In this document: in pieces, positions 17,963 through 27,362 of the stretch
Position numbering within the stretch: position 1 is the first letter of the stretch
Layout of the letters: every line of letters begins with the position of its first letter
Source: a bacterium
Lineage (GTDB): Bacteria > UBA10199 > 2-02-FULL-44-16 > JAAZCA01
Assembly: GCA_963674695.2 (NCBI GenBank)
Contig: CAXXGI010000001.1
Span: forward strand, 288,001 to 352,000
Direction: 5' to 3'
Length of the DNA: 64,000 nt
Translations under genes and position numbers: made by a program
Notes under the pieces: model-generated
Database searches by the model: none
The model's input: only the letters and a program-made list of their open reading frames with translations
Told to the model about the DNA's origin: nothing

Positions 17963-20761
17963 TCATCCCGCTACCACCCTGACACAGCGAGCGCACAGTT
18001 CCGGATGTTCGCTGTTCGTGCCCACGCTCGTGGCCGTCTTCCAGCAGCGCGCACATTTTCCGCCGTCGGCCTTGAGCGCGGCAACGGAAAGCCCCGCGAT
18101 CTCGGAGCTTTGTTCCACATACTCGCCCTCGGCCTTGCCGAACGCGACTGCGGAGACGATGAAGAGGTCATTGAGATTCTCGCCGAACGTCTCGAGAAAA
18201 GCGCGCGTGTCATCATCGCACTCGATGACGACCTTCGCCGCCAGCGAATTGCCGATGAACTTCTCAGCGCGCGCATGCTCCAACGCCTTGGTCACCACCT
18301 GTCGAATCGCGATGAAGCGCGAGAAGCGATCGAGCAGCGCCTGATCGAACGCGCCCGCCTCGGGCATGTCGGCCAGAAAGACGGAGTCGGGCGCACCCGC
18401 GCGTGCCGGCATCGTTCGCCAAATCTCTTCGGCGGTAAAGGAGAGCACCGGCGCCATCAGGCGCGTCACCGCATCGAGGATACGGAAGACGACGGTCTGC
18501 GCTGAACGTCGAAGCTTCCCATCCGCGCGCTCGGCATAGAGCCGATCCTTGAGAAGATCGAAGTAGAACGCCGAGAGTTCCACTGCAAAGAAGCGATTGA
18601 GCGTATGCACGATGGTATGGAATTCAAACCGATCATAGGCATCGTGAATACGCGCGGTCACACGCGCGAGTTCACTCAGCGCCCAGCGATCGACCTCTTC
18701 GAGCTCCGCTTCCACAACGGCATCGGTGTCGGGATTGAAATCGTAGAGGTTGCCGAGCATGTAGCGCGCCGTGTTGCGCATTTTGCGATACGATTCGATG
18801 CAACGCGTGAGGATCTCATTGGAGAAGCGGATGTCCTCGCGATAGTCCTCGGCCGCAACCCAGAGGCGAAGGATCTCCGCGCCGTGTTGGTTGATGAGTT
18901 TTTCCGGCGGCACATAGTTTCCCGCGCTCTTGGAGTATTTGCGCCCCTCGCCATCGACGACGAAACCATGCGTGAGCACGCGTTTGTACGGGGCGCGACC
19001 GCGCGTTCCGATCGACGTGAGCAGTGAGGTGTGAAACCAGCCGCGGTGCTGATCGCTCCCCTCGAGATAGAGGTCGGCCTGCTCGGTGATCCCCTCCTTG
19101 TTCTCCATGACCGCCGCGAACGAAACGCCCGAATCGAACCAGACGTCGAGGATGTCCGGCTCTTTGCCAAAGCGCTCGCGCTCACCGCAGGAGGGACAGG
19201 CAAACCCTTCCGGTTTGAACTCGGCCGCATCGTGCGTAAACCAAGCGTCCGCACCCTCTTTTTCAAAAAATTGCGCGGTGCGTTCGACGAGCTCCGGCGT
19301 GGTATGCGATGTGCCGCAGGCCTCGCAAATGAGCGCGATGACCGGAACACCCCAGAGGCGTTGGCGCGAGATGCACCAGTCGGGGCGAGCAGCGACCATG
19401 CCGCCGATGCGATTGGAACCCCACTTGGGAATCCACTCGACCTCTTCGATCGCCTTGAGCGCCTTCTTGCGCAGATCGCCCTGCTCCATCGAGATGAACC
19501 ACTGATCGGTCGCGCGAAAAACGATGGGGCGTTTACACCTCCAACAGTGCGGATAGGAATGTGCGACCTCATGACTCGCGACGAGCGCACCGACCTCGGT
19601 GAGCTTTTCTATGATCGGTTTGTTCGCATCCTCGACGAAGACGCCGGTGAGCCAGGAAAGCTGCGCCTCGTCGGTGAAGCGCCCTGCGTCGTCGATGGGG
19701 GCGAGCACCTCGAGGCCATAGCGCTGACCGGCATCGTAATCATCCTGTCCGTGTCCGGGAGCGGTGTGTACCGCGCCGGTCCCTGCCTCCAGCGTCACGT
19801 GCTCGCCAAGGATGACGAGCGAAGTTCGATCGATGAGCGGATGCTGGCAGTGCTTGTGCTCGAGATCGGCGGGTAAAGGTTTGCCCACGACCGTGGAATA
19901 GGTCTTGCCCACCGTCTGCATGACGTCGTCGACGAGCCCCTCGGCGAGAATCCAGACTTCCCCATCGACCTTGACCGCCACATACGGCAGGTCCGGATTG
20001 AGCGCGATGGCCAGATTGGCCGGAATCGTCCAGGGCGTCGTCGTCCAGATGACGAGCGAGATCGGTTCGTCGGCAAGACCCCACGCCTTCCGAAACGTGC
20101 CGTCATCTTTGAGCCCGAACTTCACATAGATCGAAGGGGCGGTGTGATCGGCGTATTCCACTTCGGCTTCAGCAAGTGCGGTGCGACAGGAAGCGCACCA
20201 GTAGATCGGCTTTTTCCCCTTGTAGAGCCCGCCGTTGGCGACGAACTTTCCGAACTCGCGTGCGATGGAGGCCTCATAGTCGAACGCCATCGTGCGATAC
20301 GGATCCTCCCAGCGCCCGAGACAACCGAGACGCTTGAACTCCTCGCGCTGAATGCCGACGAAGCGATCGGCGTGCTCGCGGCAGGCCAAGCGCACATCGG
20401 CGGCCGACATCTCGCGCTTCTTGGAACCGAGTTTCCGATCGACCGCGAGTTCGATGGGAAGACCGTGGCAATCCCAGCCCGGCACATAGGCGCACTGCAG
20501 GCCGGACATGTTCTTGTATTTGACGACGACGTCCTTGAGAATCTTATTGAGGATCGTTCCGAGATGAATATTCCCGTTCGCGTACGGCGGGCCATCATGC
20601 AAAATGTAACGCGGCTTTCCCTCGCGCGCTTCGACCATGCGATGATAGAGCCCGTCCGCTTCCCAGGATTTGAGCTGTTCCGGCTCGCGGATGGCCAGAG
20701 AACCCTTCATCGGAAAATCGGTTTTGGGAAGATTGAGCGTTTCTTTGTAGTTCTGAGCCAT
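17963..20761 (-). CDS. ileS: Isoleucine--tRNA ligase (IleRS1 type)
   Basis: HDGPPYANG, HLGT, GWDCHGLPIE, WCISRQR, EGSDQHRGWF, KYSKS, C-terminal zinc finger. Confidence 0.97.
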   Translation of the reverse strand: MAQNYKETLNLPKTDFPMKGSLAIREPEQLKSWEADGLYHRMVEAREGKPRYILHDGPPYANGNIHLGTILNKILKDVVVKYKNMSGLQCAYVPGWDCHGLPIELAVDRKLGSKKREMSAADVRLACREHADRFVGIQREEFKRLGCLGRWEDPYRTMAFDYEASIAREFGKFVANGGLYKGKKPIYWCASCRTALAEAEVEYADHTAPSIYVKFGLKDDGTFRKAWGLADEPISLVIWTTTPWTIPANLAIALNPDLPYVAVKVDGEVWILAEGLVDDVMQTVGKTYSTVVGKPLPADLEHKHCQHPLIDRTSLVILGEHVTLEAGTGAVHTAPGHGQDDYDAGQRYGLEVLAPIDDAGRFTDEAQLSWLTGVFVEDANKPIIEKLTEVGALVASHEVAHSYPHCWRCKRPIVFRATDQWFISMEQGDLRKKALKAIEEVEWIPKWGSNRIGGMVAARPDWCISRQRLWGVPVIALICEACGTSHTTPELVERTAQFFEKEGADAWFTHDAAEFKPEGFACPSCGERERFGKEPDILDVWFDSGVSFAAVMENKEGITEQADLYLEGSDQHRGWFHTSLLTSIGTRGRAPYKRVLTHGFVVDGEGRKYSKSAGNYVPPEKLINQHGAEILRLWVAAEDYREDIRFSNEILTRCIESYRKMRNTARYMLGNLYDFNPDTDAVVEAELEEVDRWALSELARVTARIHDAYDRFEFHTIVHTLNRFFAVELSAFYFDLLKDRLYAERADGKLRRSAQTVVFRILDAVTRLMAPVLSFTAEEIWRTMPARAGAPDSVFLADMPEAGAFDQALLDRFSRFIAIRQVVTKALEHARAEKFIGNSLAAKVVIECDDDTRAFLETFGENLNDLFIVSAVAFGKAEGEYVEQSSEIAGLSVAALKADGGKCARCWKTATSVGTNSEHPELCARCVRVVAG

Positions 20762-20808
20762 GAGAAAAACCTCTATTGTCATGCGAACCAGGAAATACAC
20801 GTGAAAGC

Positions 20809-20967
20809 ATCTGAAAGCGTGACGTTCGTACTCATCCTCTCGCTTACGGCTCCTCGCCTCAAACGCCGGCTCGTCACCTGCTCTTCTCGCACCGCAGGAT
20901 AAGAGGCTTGGATGGCGGCGCTCGAAGAAGCCGCTCGAGGAGGAGTACGAACGTCACGCTTTCAGAT
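20809..20967. repeat. Long inverted-repeat element (perfect 25-bp arms) upstream of ileS
   Basis: ATCTGAAAGCGTGACGTTCGTACTC (20809-20833) is the exact reverse complement of 20943-20967; the interior also pairs partly. Confidence 0.85.
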
Positions 20968-20996
20968 CATTTCAACACACCATTCAATATATCTCA

Positions 20997-21479
20997 TCAC
21001 TCGCTGACCCCTAAGTTGGTGATCGTCGGCTCTCCCTTGCGCAGGAAGTTGCCGATGTCGGCCAGCACCTGGCGTTCGATGACGCCGGAGCTCTTGAGTT
21101 TATCGACGAGCGATTTCACGCGCGTGCCCACATCGACCTGCGTGCGCCCATCCATCGGAACGACGCGGATGTCGAGCTGAAAGAAGGAGTTGGTGACGCT
21201 ATATTCCTTGCGATTGAAGAGCGGAATATAGTGCGAATCGGAGGTGACCGGAAGCCACGCCGTGGTGAAGACACCATCCTGCATGTTCTCGGCGTTCATC
21301 GGAAACCCGTTCTGCTCGAGCGCAAAACGCAGCGCATAATAGACATCGTTTGGCTGCGCGGCGTAGTCGTCGCTGAAGTAGTGGATATTCTTGATCACCT
21401 GCGCATCGGCCAGGGGTTTACTGCACCCGACCGCCACCAGCATGAGCGAAACGACAACGAGGGAAGCGATGCCTCTCAT
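20997..21479 (-). CDS. Small lipoprotein, possibly BamC-like domain
   Basis: Lipobox LVAVGC; DGVFTTAW motif. Confidence 0.65.
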   Translation of the reverse strand: MRGIASLVVVSLMLVAVGCSKPLADAQVIKNIHYFSDDYAAQPNDVYYALRFALEQNGFPMNAENMQDGVFTTAWLPVTSDSHYIPLFNRKEYSVTNSFFQLDIRVVPMDGRTQVDVGTRVKSLVDKLKSSGVIERQVLADIGNFLRKGEPTITNLGVSE

Positions 21480-21482
21480 AGT

Positions 21483-22283
21483 TCAATTTCCCTTCTGGGC
21501 AGCGCCGCGCGAGCGAAGCAGGAGATAGAGCGCAAGCCCCGCGGCGAACAGGATGATCGAGATGAACTGCGAGGTCGACAGCCACGGCTCGACGACGAAC
21601 CCGCGCTCGTAGTCGCCCCGGAAGTATTCGTTGAAGGCGCGCAGAACCGCATACATCATCAGGTAGGAGGCGATGAGCTGCCCCTCGAAACGCTGAAACC
21701 GCCGGATGAGGAGCAGGAGACTGAAGATGAGCGTCTCGCCGACCACCTCCATGAGTTGGGTCGGATAGAGACCCACCCCGCCAGGGGCAAAGGAGCCCAC
21801 GCCCGTCGGAAAGATGAGCGCGTACCAGGCGTCGTGCCCCACGATGCGACCGTGGCAACAGCCCGCCAGCAGACAGCCGATGCGCCCGATGGCATGCCCG
21901 ATGGCGATGGCCGGCGCGAAGATGTCCATGGTAACCCACAGCGGCATGCGGTGTCGGCGGATATACCAAACGCCGACGGCGAGCGCCGCGATCAGCCCCC
22001 CGTAGAAGACCAGCCCCCCCTCCCAGATGCGAACGATCATGAGGGGGTTTTGCAGGAATTGCTCGCGTTCGGCGACGATGACGTGCAACAGGCGTGACCC
22101 GATGATGGCGGAGAGGATGATATAGAAACCCAGATCCAGCATGCGCGCGGGGCTCTGGCCCGCACGGCGGCTGGCAAAGCTGACCCATCCGATGGCTACC
22201 ACGAAGGCGGTGGCCACCATCACGCCGTAGCTGTAGACCGTGATACCGCCGAAGAGTGGAATCTTGAAGAGAACCGGATACAT
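21483..22283 (-). CDS. lgt: Prolipoprotein diacylglyceryl transferase, canonical-looking copy
   Basis: MYPVLF, SYG, GGLVFYGG, GRIGC, PTQL, R..EYFRGD. Confidence 0.92.
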   Translation of the reverse strand: MYPVLFKIPLFGGITVYSYGVMVATAFVVAIGWVSFASRRAGQSPARMLDLGFYIILSAIIGSRLLHVIVAEREQFLQNPLMIVRIWEGGLVFYGGLIAALAVGVWYIRRHRMPLWVTMDIFAPAIAIGHAIGRIGCLLAGCCHGRIVGHDAWYALIFPTGVGSFAPGGVGLYPTQLMEVVGETLIFSLLLLIRRFQRFEGQLIASYLMMYAVLRAFNEYFRGDYERGFVVEPWLSTSQFISIILFAAGLALYLLLRSRGAAQKGN

Positions 22284-22462
22284 AGGCGACTCACTAGCGG
22301 AGGTGATGATCGAACGCAAGCGGAAAGGCGAAAACGCCCCCGATCGAATCGAAAGAGGGTCATCGTCAAATCAATGCGGCCATCACCCCGCTGAAAACTT
22401 TGCAACTATAGAATATCGCTTGAAAAATGGACGGTAGCCGGATAGCACGGAGACCATTTTTC

Positions 22463-25003
22463 ATGATGTCGAACAAGAAGGAGCCGTCACCCATGTCCAG
22501 CATGTCCAGCATGTCCAGCATGTCCAGCGTCCACCACCTCTGTACCTATTTCAACATGATGGGCGAAGCCGCTACAGCGGGCCAACTTCCACAATGGGAA
22601 GCCTTTGTCGAAGAACACGGCCTGGGAGGCGTCACGCTCGATGCCACCGACACCTTTCTCTCGATGGAGGTCGGTAAAGACCTTTCGACGGCATCGCCTT
22701 ATCCGATCACCAGAGAGGATTCGAGCGTACCCCCCCCCTGGCGTATCGAACAGGTGGACGACCTCGTCGTCCTGCATACATCGGAGGAGGATACTGCGAA
22801 GAACAACTCGGTCATTCCCCTCCACACCGAAGGAGTCGAGGATTCCTTCCTCTCCTCCTGGGACCACTTCGTCCAATCGGAAATTGAACCGCGCCGGGAA
22901 CAGGCCGTGCACGCCCTTCGCGGAGTTCTCTTCTACTGGAACAATCAGCTGATCCGCAATGCCACGCTCGATCCCACCCGAGTCACTGAAGTCATCCCGC
23001 ACATAGCGGAACAGCTCGAGCGTCTCGAGAGGAGTCCTGGGATAAATCCCTCCGTGACAGCCTTGCGGCTTGCGCTTGAAGCCTGCCGCGATTACCAGAA
23101 TTATGCTCAGCTCACGCCACAGCACTTTGGCATTCGGATGAGCCCTAGGCTCAGAAACCAGATGGAACTACGCCGGGCACGCGCATTCTTTGCCGATCCG
23201 ATGGGAAGCAATACGCAGGCCACACTCGCCCTGGGCGAAGAGACCGCGCGGATCATCGGCGAGTATACGGGAGGCGCAGGAAGACGCCCCGTCTTCTCAG
23301 GCATCTCGGGAAAGGAACTCAAGAAGCGATTTCCCGAAAGAGATCCCCCCGATTACCCAACCCCGATATCGGACGTGCTCGCACGCTACAGCGCCGATGT
23401 CGCCGCGAACAACATGATGATGGGCAACCCACACTATATCGGCCACATGGTCACGGCTCCGCCGACAATAGCGGTAATGGGAGATGCTCTGGCCTCTAAG
23501 CTCAATCCCAATCAGATCGCCTGGGAGGTGGGACCGGCAACGACCACGGTGGAACTCCAGACGATCGACTGGCTCACCAACCTGATTGGCTTTGAAGGGG
23601 GAAAACCGGTCGGACGCAACAATAGCATCCCCATCCCCGGCGGCACCCTCACGGCCGGCGGAAGCATCGCCAACATGTCCGCCCTGCTCGTCGCACGAAA
23701 CAGAACCATCAATAAATTTTTCTCGGAACTCTGGCGCAAGGTGAAAAACCATCCCAGAACACGGGAGCAATTCAAGGAGATGGAGCTGGAGGCCATCAGG
23801 AATCTGGATGTGACCAAGACCGGTCTCTGGGCAGCGCTCCGCCCATTCCTCGACCTCAGCGAGACCTATGGGTTTCGTTATATTTCTGAAACACGCTTTG
23901 TCATCCTGACCTCAGCTGAGGCCCACTATTCCATGAAGAAAATCGGCGGCTACATCGGCATCGGCGCCGAAAACGTCCTCTCCATTCCGGTCGATGACAA
24001 CCTGCGCATGAATCCTGATGTCCTTGAAGATACTATTCGCAAACTGGGCCCGGGCAAACAAACCGCTATCATCTCCGTCGTCGCAACCGCCGGAACGACG
24101 GCATCGGGCAACATCGATCCGCTCGATAAAATCGCCGACATCTGTAAACGCTATGGCATCTGGTTTCACGTCGATGCGGCATTCGGCGGCGGCGCGCTGC
24201 TCTCGGAAAAACACCGCGGCCGCCTCAAGGGAATCGAGCGCGCCGATTCGGTCACCATCGACCCGCACAAGTGGTTTTTCATGCCCTATGCGCTGGGAGC
24301 CGCCCTCTTCCGCGACCGAAGCATGCTGCAGCAGTATCTCAAATCATCGGCCCCCTACGTCATCCACGCCGATGCCCTGCCGGAAGAACCAAACCTGGGA
24401 GGCCAGAGCATTCAGGGGTCGATGCGCGTCTCCGGGCTCAAGCTCTGGCTCACCTGGCAGGCGATGGGAACAAAGCTCTTGGGACGTATCGTCGACCACA
24501 ACATCGCGGTGACGCGGCACCTCGAACAGCAGGTCAATGCACATCCCAACCTGGAAGCAATGCATCGTTCGGAGCTCGACCTGCTCTGCTTCCGCTATCT
24601 CCCCAAAGAGTTAAAACAAAAGCTTGAGCAGGCCAGCGCACGCGGCGACTTTCGCATGGTCTCCTCCCTCAATCGTGCGGTCAACGGCATCAACGTCGAC
24701 CTTCAGCGCGAGCTTCAAAACGGCGGCAAGGCCTGGCTCTCCCGCGAAGAGCTCCATCATCACCCCTACACGCAGTTCAAACCCACAGAGACGATGCTCA
24801 ACGAAACCGGTGTGGTCAAACCACAGAAACAAAAGCGCGTGCTCAAGGGGTTTACGCTCGAGACGCTGCGCGCCTGCATCATGAACCCCCACACCGATCG
24901 GCGACATGTCGATACCGTTCTCAATGAAGTGACCGCCATCGGCGATCACCTCTACAAGAAATGGCGTGCGACGAGCAACCTGATCGAACACCTCCCCAAA
25001 TAA
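22463..25003 (+). CDS. Group II PLP-dependent decarboxylase with long N-terminal extension
   Basis: YIGHM, GGSIAN, AHYS, TAGTT, HVDAAFGG, DPHKW. Start uncertain (22427, 22463 or 22493). Confidence 0.88.
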   Translation: MMSNKKEPSPMSSMSSMSSMSSVHHLCTYFNMMGEAATAGQLPQWEAFVEEHGLGGVTLDATDTFLSMEVGKDLSTASPYPITREDSSVPPPWRIEQVDDLVVLHTSEEDTAKNNSVIPLHTEGVEDSFLSSWDHFVQSEIEPRREQAVHALRGVLFYWNNQLIRNATLDPTRVTEVIPHIAEQLERLERSPGINPSVTALRLALEACRDYQNYAQLTPQHFGIRMSPRLRNQMELRRARAFFADPMGSNTQATLALGEETARIIGEYTGGAGRRPVFSGISGKELKKRFPERDPPDYPTPISDVLARYSADVAANNMMMGNPHYIGHMVTAPPTIAVMGDALASKLNPNQIAWEVGPATTTVELQTIDWLTNLIGFEGGKPVGRNNSIPIPGGTLTAGGSIANMSALLVARNRTINKFFSELWRKVKNHPRTREQFKEMELEAIRNLDVTKTGLWAALRPFLDLSETYGFRYISETRFVILTSAEAHYSMKKIGGYIGIGAENVLSIPVDDNLRMNPDVLEDTIRKLGPGKQTAIISVVATAGTTASGNIDPLDKIADICKRYGIWFHVDAAFGGGALLSEKHRGRLKGIERADSVTIDPHKWFFMPYALGAALFRDRSMLQQYLKSSAPYVIHADALPEEPNLGGQSIQGSMRVSGLKLWLTWQAMGTKLLGRIVDHNIAVTRHLEQQVNAHPNLEAMHRSELDLLCFRYLPKELKQKLEQASARGDFRMVSSLNRAVNGINVDLQRELQNGGKAWLSREELHHHPYTQFKPTETMLNETGVVKPQKQKRVLKGFTLETLRACIMNPHTDRRHVDTVLNEVTAIGDHLYKKWRATSNLIEHLPK

Positions 25004-25169
25004 GCAACGATCGGAAAAATGGTTTCGATTCCCCCCGGGAGGCACCACATGACACGTGGGCCGAATACACGAAGGGCGGTCACCACCATGATGACCGCCC
25101 CCGTGCGGGTTTGGAAAAGAGAGCATACATTGCTTCATGGACGAATCCGTGAAGCAGCAAAGCCACTCT

Positions 25170-26837
25170 TCATTGTGTCCGAATGAGCATCCCGAAGTTT
25201 CCGGAACCGCTGGTCCCTTCGATGGTCAGCTCATTCGGCATCGTCGTCATCTCAAAGAACTTCGCCGTGCCCGAATCGATATTCGCGGTGTGATAGCCAT
25301 AGTAGTTATTGAGGTTCACGCCCGTCAGTTCCGTGCCGCGTCCATCATCCGCCTCGCCGTCGATGATGACGCCCTTCCAGTTGCCCGTGCTCGCATCGCG
25401 CGTGCGATCCTGGTAGACATAGCGCTCATCCCGGGTGAGCCCCCGGTCGCTCATCGCCAGCGTCACGATCCAGCGCGAGACGAATTCCGAAAATTCATCG
25501 AAGCTCTCGGAGCCGGCAAATGCCGTTTCCAGATTGGAAACACCGTTGAGCTCCGTCGCCTCGAGCGCCCGCAGGAAGGCCGCACCGTCGTCGGCCTGCT
25601 CATAGAGGTAGCGCAGGAAGAGATAGGATGCGCCGCGCTCCATGAGGTTGGGCGAGGACTGCGTCACCAGGCCATAGCTCGAGGGGCTGGACAGAAACAT
25701 CGCATAGCGCGAGGGGTTCTCGACGCCGTGTCCCATGACGTCTTCCATCAGGTGACTCATACCCTCGTTGAGCCAGTTTTCTTCGGGAGAACCGCCTGAG
25801 ACGAAGACGTGTTGATTGTAGCTGATGGCGTGCTGCAGCTCGTGCGGCAACACCGCGGGCAGGAGGTTGTCCATCGCAAAGTCCTGCGAGATCGCCGTGC
25901 CATGATCGCCGTCCGGATCGGGCACGAGCGTGTAGATGATTTCGCGTTCGTTCGAGACCTGATTCGAACCGCTGCGGTCGTAGAGATCGCCCGCATAAAA
26001 ATAGCCGGTGATGATGCCGCCGCCGAGCGCGCCGAGACGGTTGATCTGCGGGGTCATCAGGACGTGCACCTTGCCATCAGCATCTTTGTCGGAGGAGGCA
26101 CCCAGAAGCACCTGCTCTTCGCCCGCGATGCGATCGAAGTCTTCACAGAGATCATTCATATCGGCTGTGGCCAGATCGGAGTCGGTTCCTTCGACGTCGG
26201 TGTCGACGTAGAAGACCACCTCATCGCCGACGCAGCGAACGCGTGCTTCGACCTCAGCATAGGAGGACGTCGAGGAGAGACTCGAGAGGACGCGAAAGGT
26301 CTCGGTCGCACCGAGGGCAGCGGCCTTAAATCCTATCGACTTGGCCATCGATGCCGAGGCACTCTGACTGGAGACCTCTTCGAGGTGCAAGACCGATTCC
26401 GAAGCACGCAGCCAGGCATGCAGGATCTCCGCCGCGCCGTATTCCTCGCCCTCGATCGCTGCCTGCTCCACCTCTGCAAAATCACCGTCGATCATTCCGG
26501 CCGTCATCGCCGAGGGTTCGGGGAGCGACATATCCGCCGCCGACAGCTGCATCTGTGTGCCACTCGCTTCGCTATGGGAGCCAACCGCCAGGATGAACTG
26601 TGCGGTGGAATCGACGCCGCTGAAGTCGATGGAGACCTCATTGCCATCCTCAAACTCGATGGCCATGATATCGCCAACGCCCATGTCGGAAGCCGATTCG
26701 AAGAGATTGGTGATCCCGGTGCCGCCGCCATCGCTGGCCAGTTCGGCATCGACGCTGTCCTTGCTGCCACAACCGGAAATGAGGAGAAATGCGACAAGAA
26801 CCCCAACCCCCATCCAAAGTCTCGATCCCCGTTTCAT
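25170..26837 (-). CDS. Lipoprotein zinc metallopeptidase (HEXXH; M30-like)
   Basis: Lipobox LISGC; GYFY, PHELQHAIS, WLNEGMS. Confidence 0.8.
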   Translation of the reverse strand: MKRGSRLWMGVGVLVAFLLISGCGSKDSVDAELASDGGGTGITNLFESASDMGVGDIMAIEFEDGNEVSIDFSGVDSTAQFILAVGSHSEASGTQMQLSAADMSLPEPSAMTAGMIDGDFAEVEQAAIEGEEYGAAEILHAWLRASESVLHLEEVSSQSASASMAKSIGFKAAALGATETFRVLSSLSSTSSYAEVEARVRCVGDEVVFYVDTDVEGTDSDLATADMNDLCEDFDRIAGEEQVLLGASSDKDADGKVHVLMTPQINRLGALGGGIITGYFYAGDLYDRSGSNQVSNEREIIYTLVPDPDGDHGTAISQDFAMDNLLPAVLPHELQHAISYNQHVFVSGGSPEENWLNEGMSHLMEDVMGHGVENPSRYAMFLSSPSSYGLVTQSSPNLMERGASYLFLRYLYEQADDGAAFLRALEATELNGVSNLETAFAGSESFDEFSEFVSRWIVTLAMSDRGLTRDERYVYQDRTRDASTGNWKGVIIDGEADDGRGTELTGVNLNNYYGYHTANIDSGTAKFFEMTTMPNELTIEGTSGSGNFGMLIRTQ

Positions 26838-26876
26838 GACTGGCTCCTTTTCCCAAACCCTCTGTAGAGTTGTTAG

Positions 26877-26892
26877 AGCAAGGAGCGTGCCA
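26877..26892 (-). promoter_or_regulatory. Sigma-54 (-24/-12) promoter
   Basis: Minus strand TGGCACGCTCCTTGCT is a consensus match, 40 nt upstream of the peptidase start, with an AT-rich upstream region. Confidence 0.85.
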
Positions 26893-27229
26893 GCAGATTA
26901 AATATGTCGAACCATTGAGAATCCCAATCATACCGAACAGTTACTTGGTTTTGTTATTCGGCGATTGCAAAGTCATAGGGTCATAATCAACCCGCATACC
27001 CACCACACCCCCTTTCAGACTGAGAAAAACATCACTTTAAGTTTGATATTATTACGCTTTTCTGTACGTGACATAATTTTGACCGGAATATCATAGATAC
27101 CCATTCATCGTCGAATGGGACAATATGGAGGAGAATGCGATGGGAACAAATTGAAATAACTGGGGAAATTACGAATAGGTACAAAAAGAGGGGGGCTCAA
27201 AGCCCCCCAGTTGATGACAAACCCTGCCG

Positions 27230-27302
27230 TTGTCATCCCCGCGAAAGCGGGGATCTCGACGTGCCGTTAAAAGCGAGATTCCCGCCTTCGCGGGAATGAC
27301 AA
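27230..27302. repeat. REP-like doublet (GTCATYCCCGCGAAAGCGGGRATC family)
   Basis: Two inverted copies form a hairpin; near-identical to 40974-41052. Confidence 0.9.
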
Positions 27303-27362
27303 ACTTCGATTATGGACAATGATAACATGAAGTGACTTTGTCAGCAGTCTGATCTCTTGCGC

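Noticed and set aside
20762-20996. T-box riboswitch upstream of ileS
   Set aside because: No GGTGGNACCGCG T-box sequence or terminator/antiterminator on the minus strand.
22402-22446. GCAAC upstream of the decarboxylase as a fourth promoter-motif copy
   Set aside because: No GCGATAA at 15-nt spacing. The GCAAC near 5548 fails in the same way.
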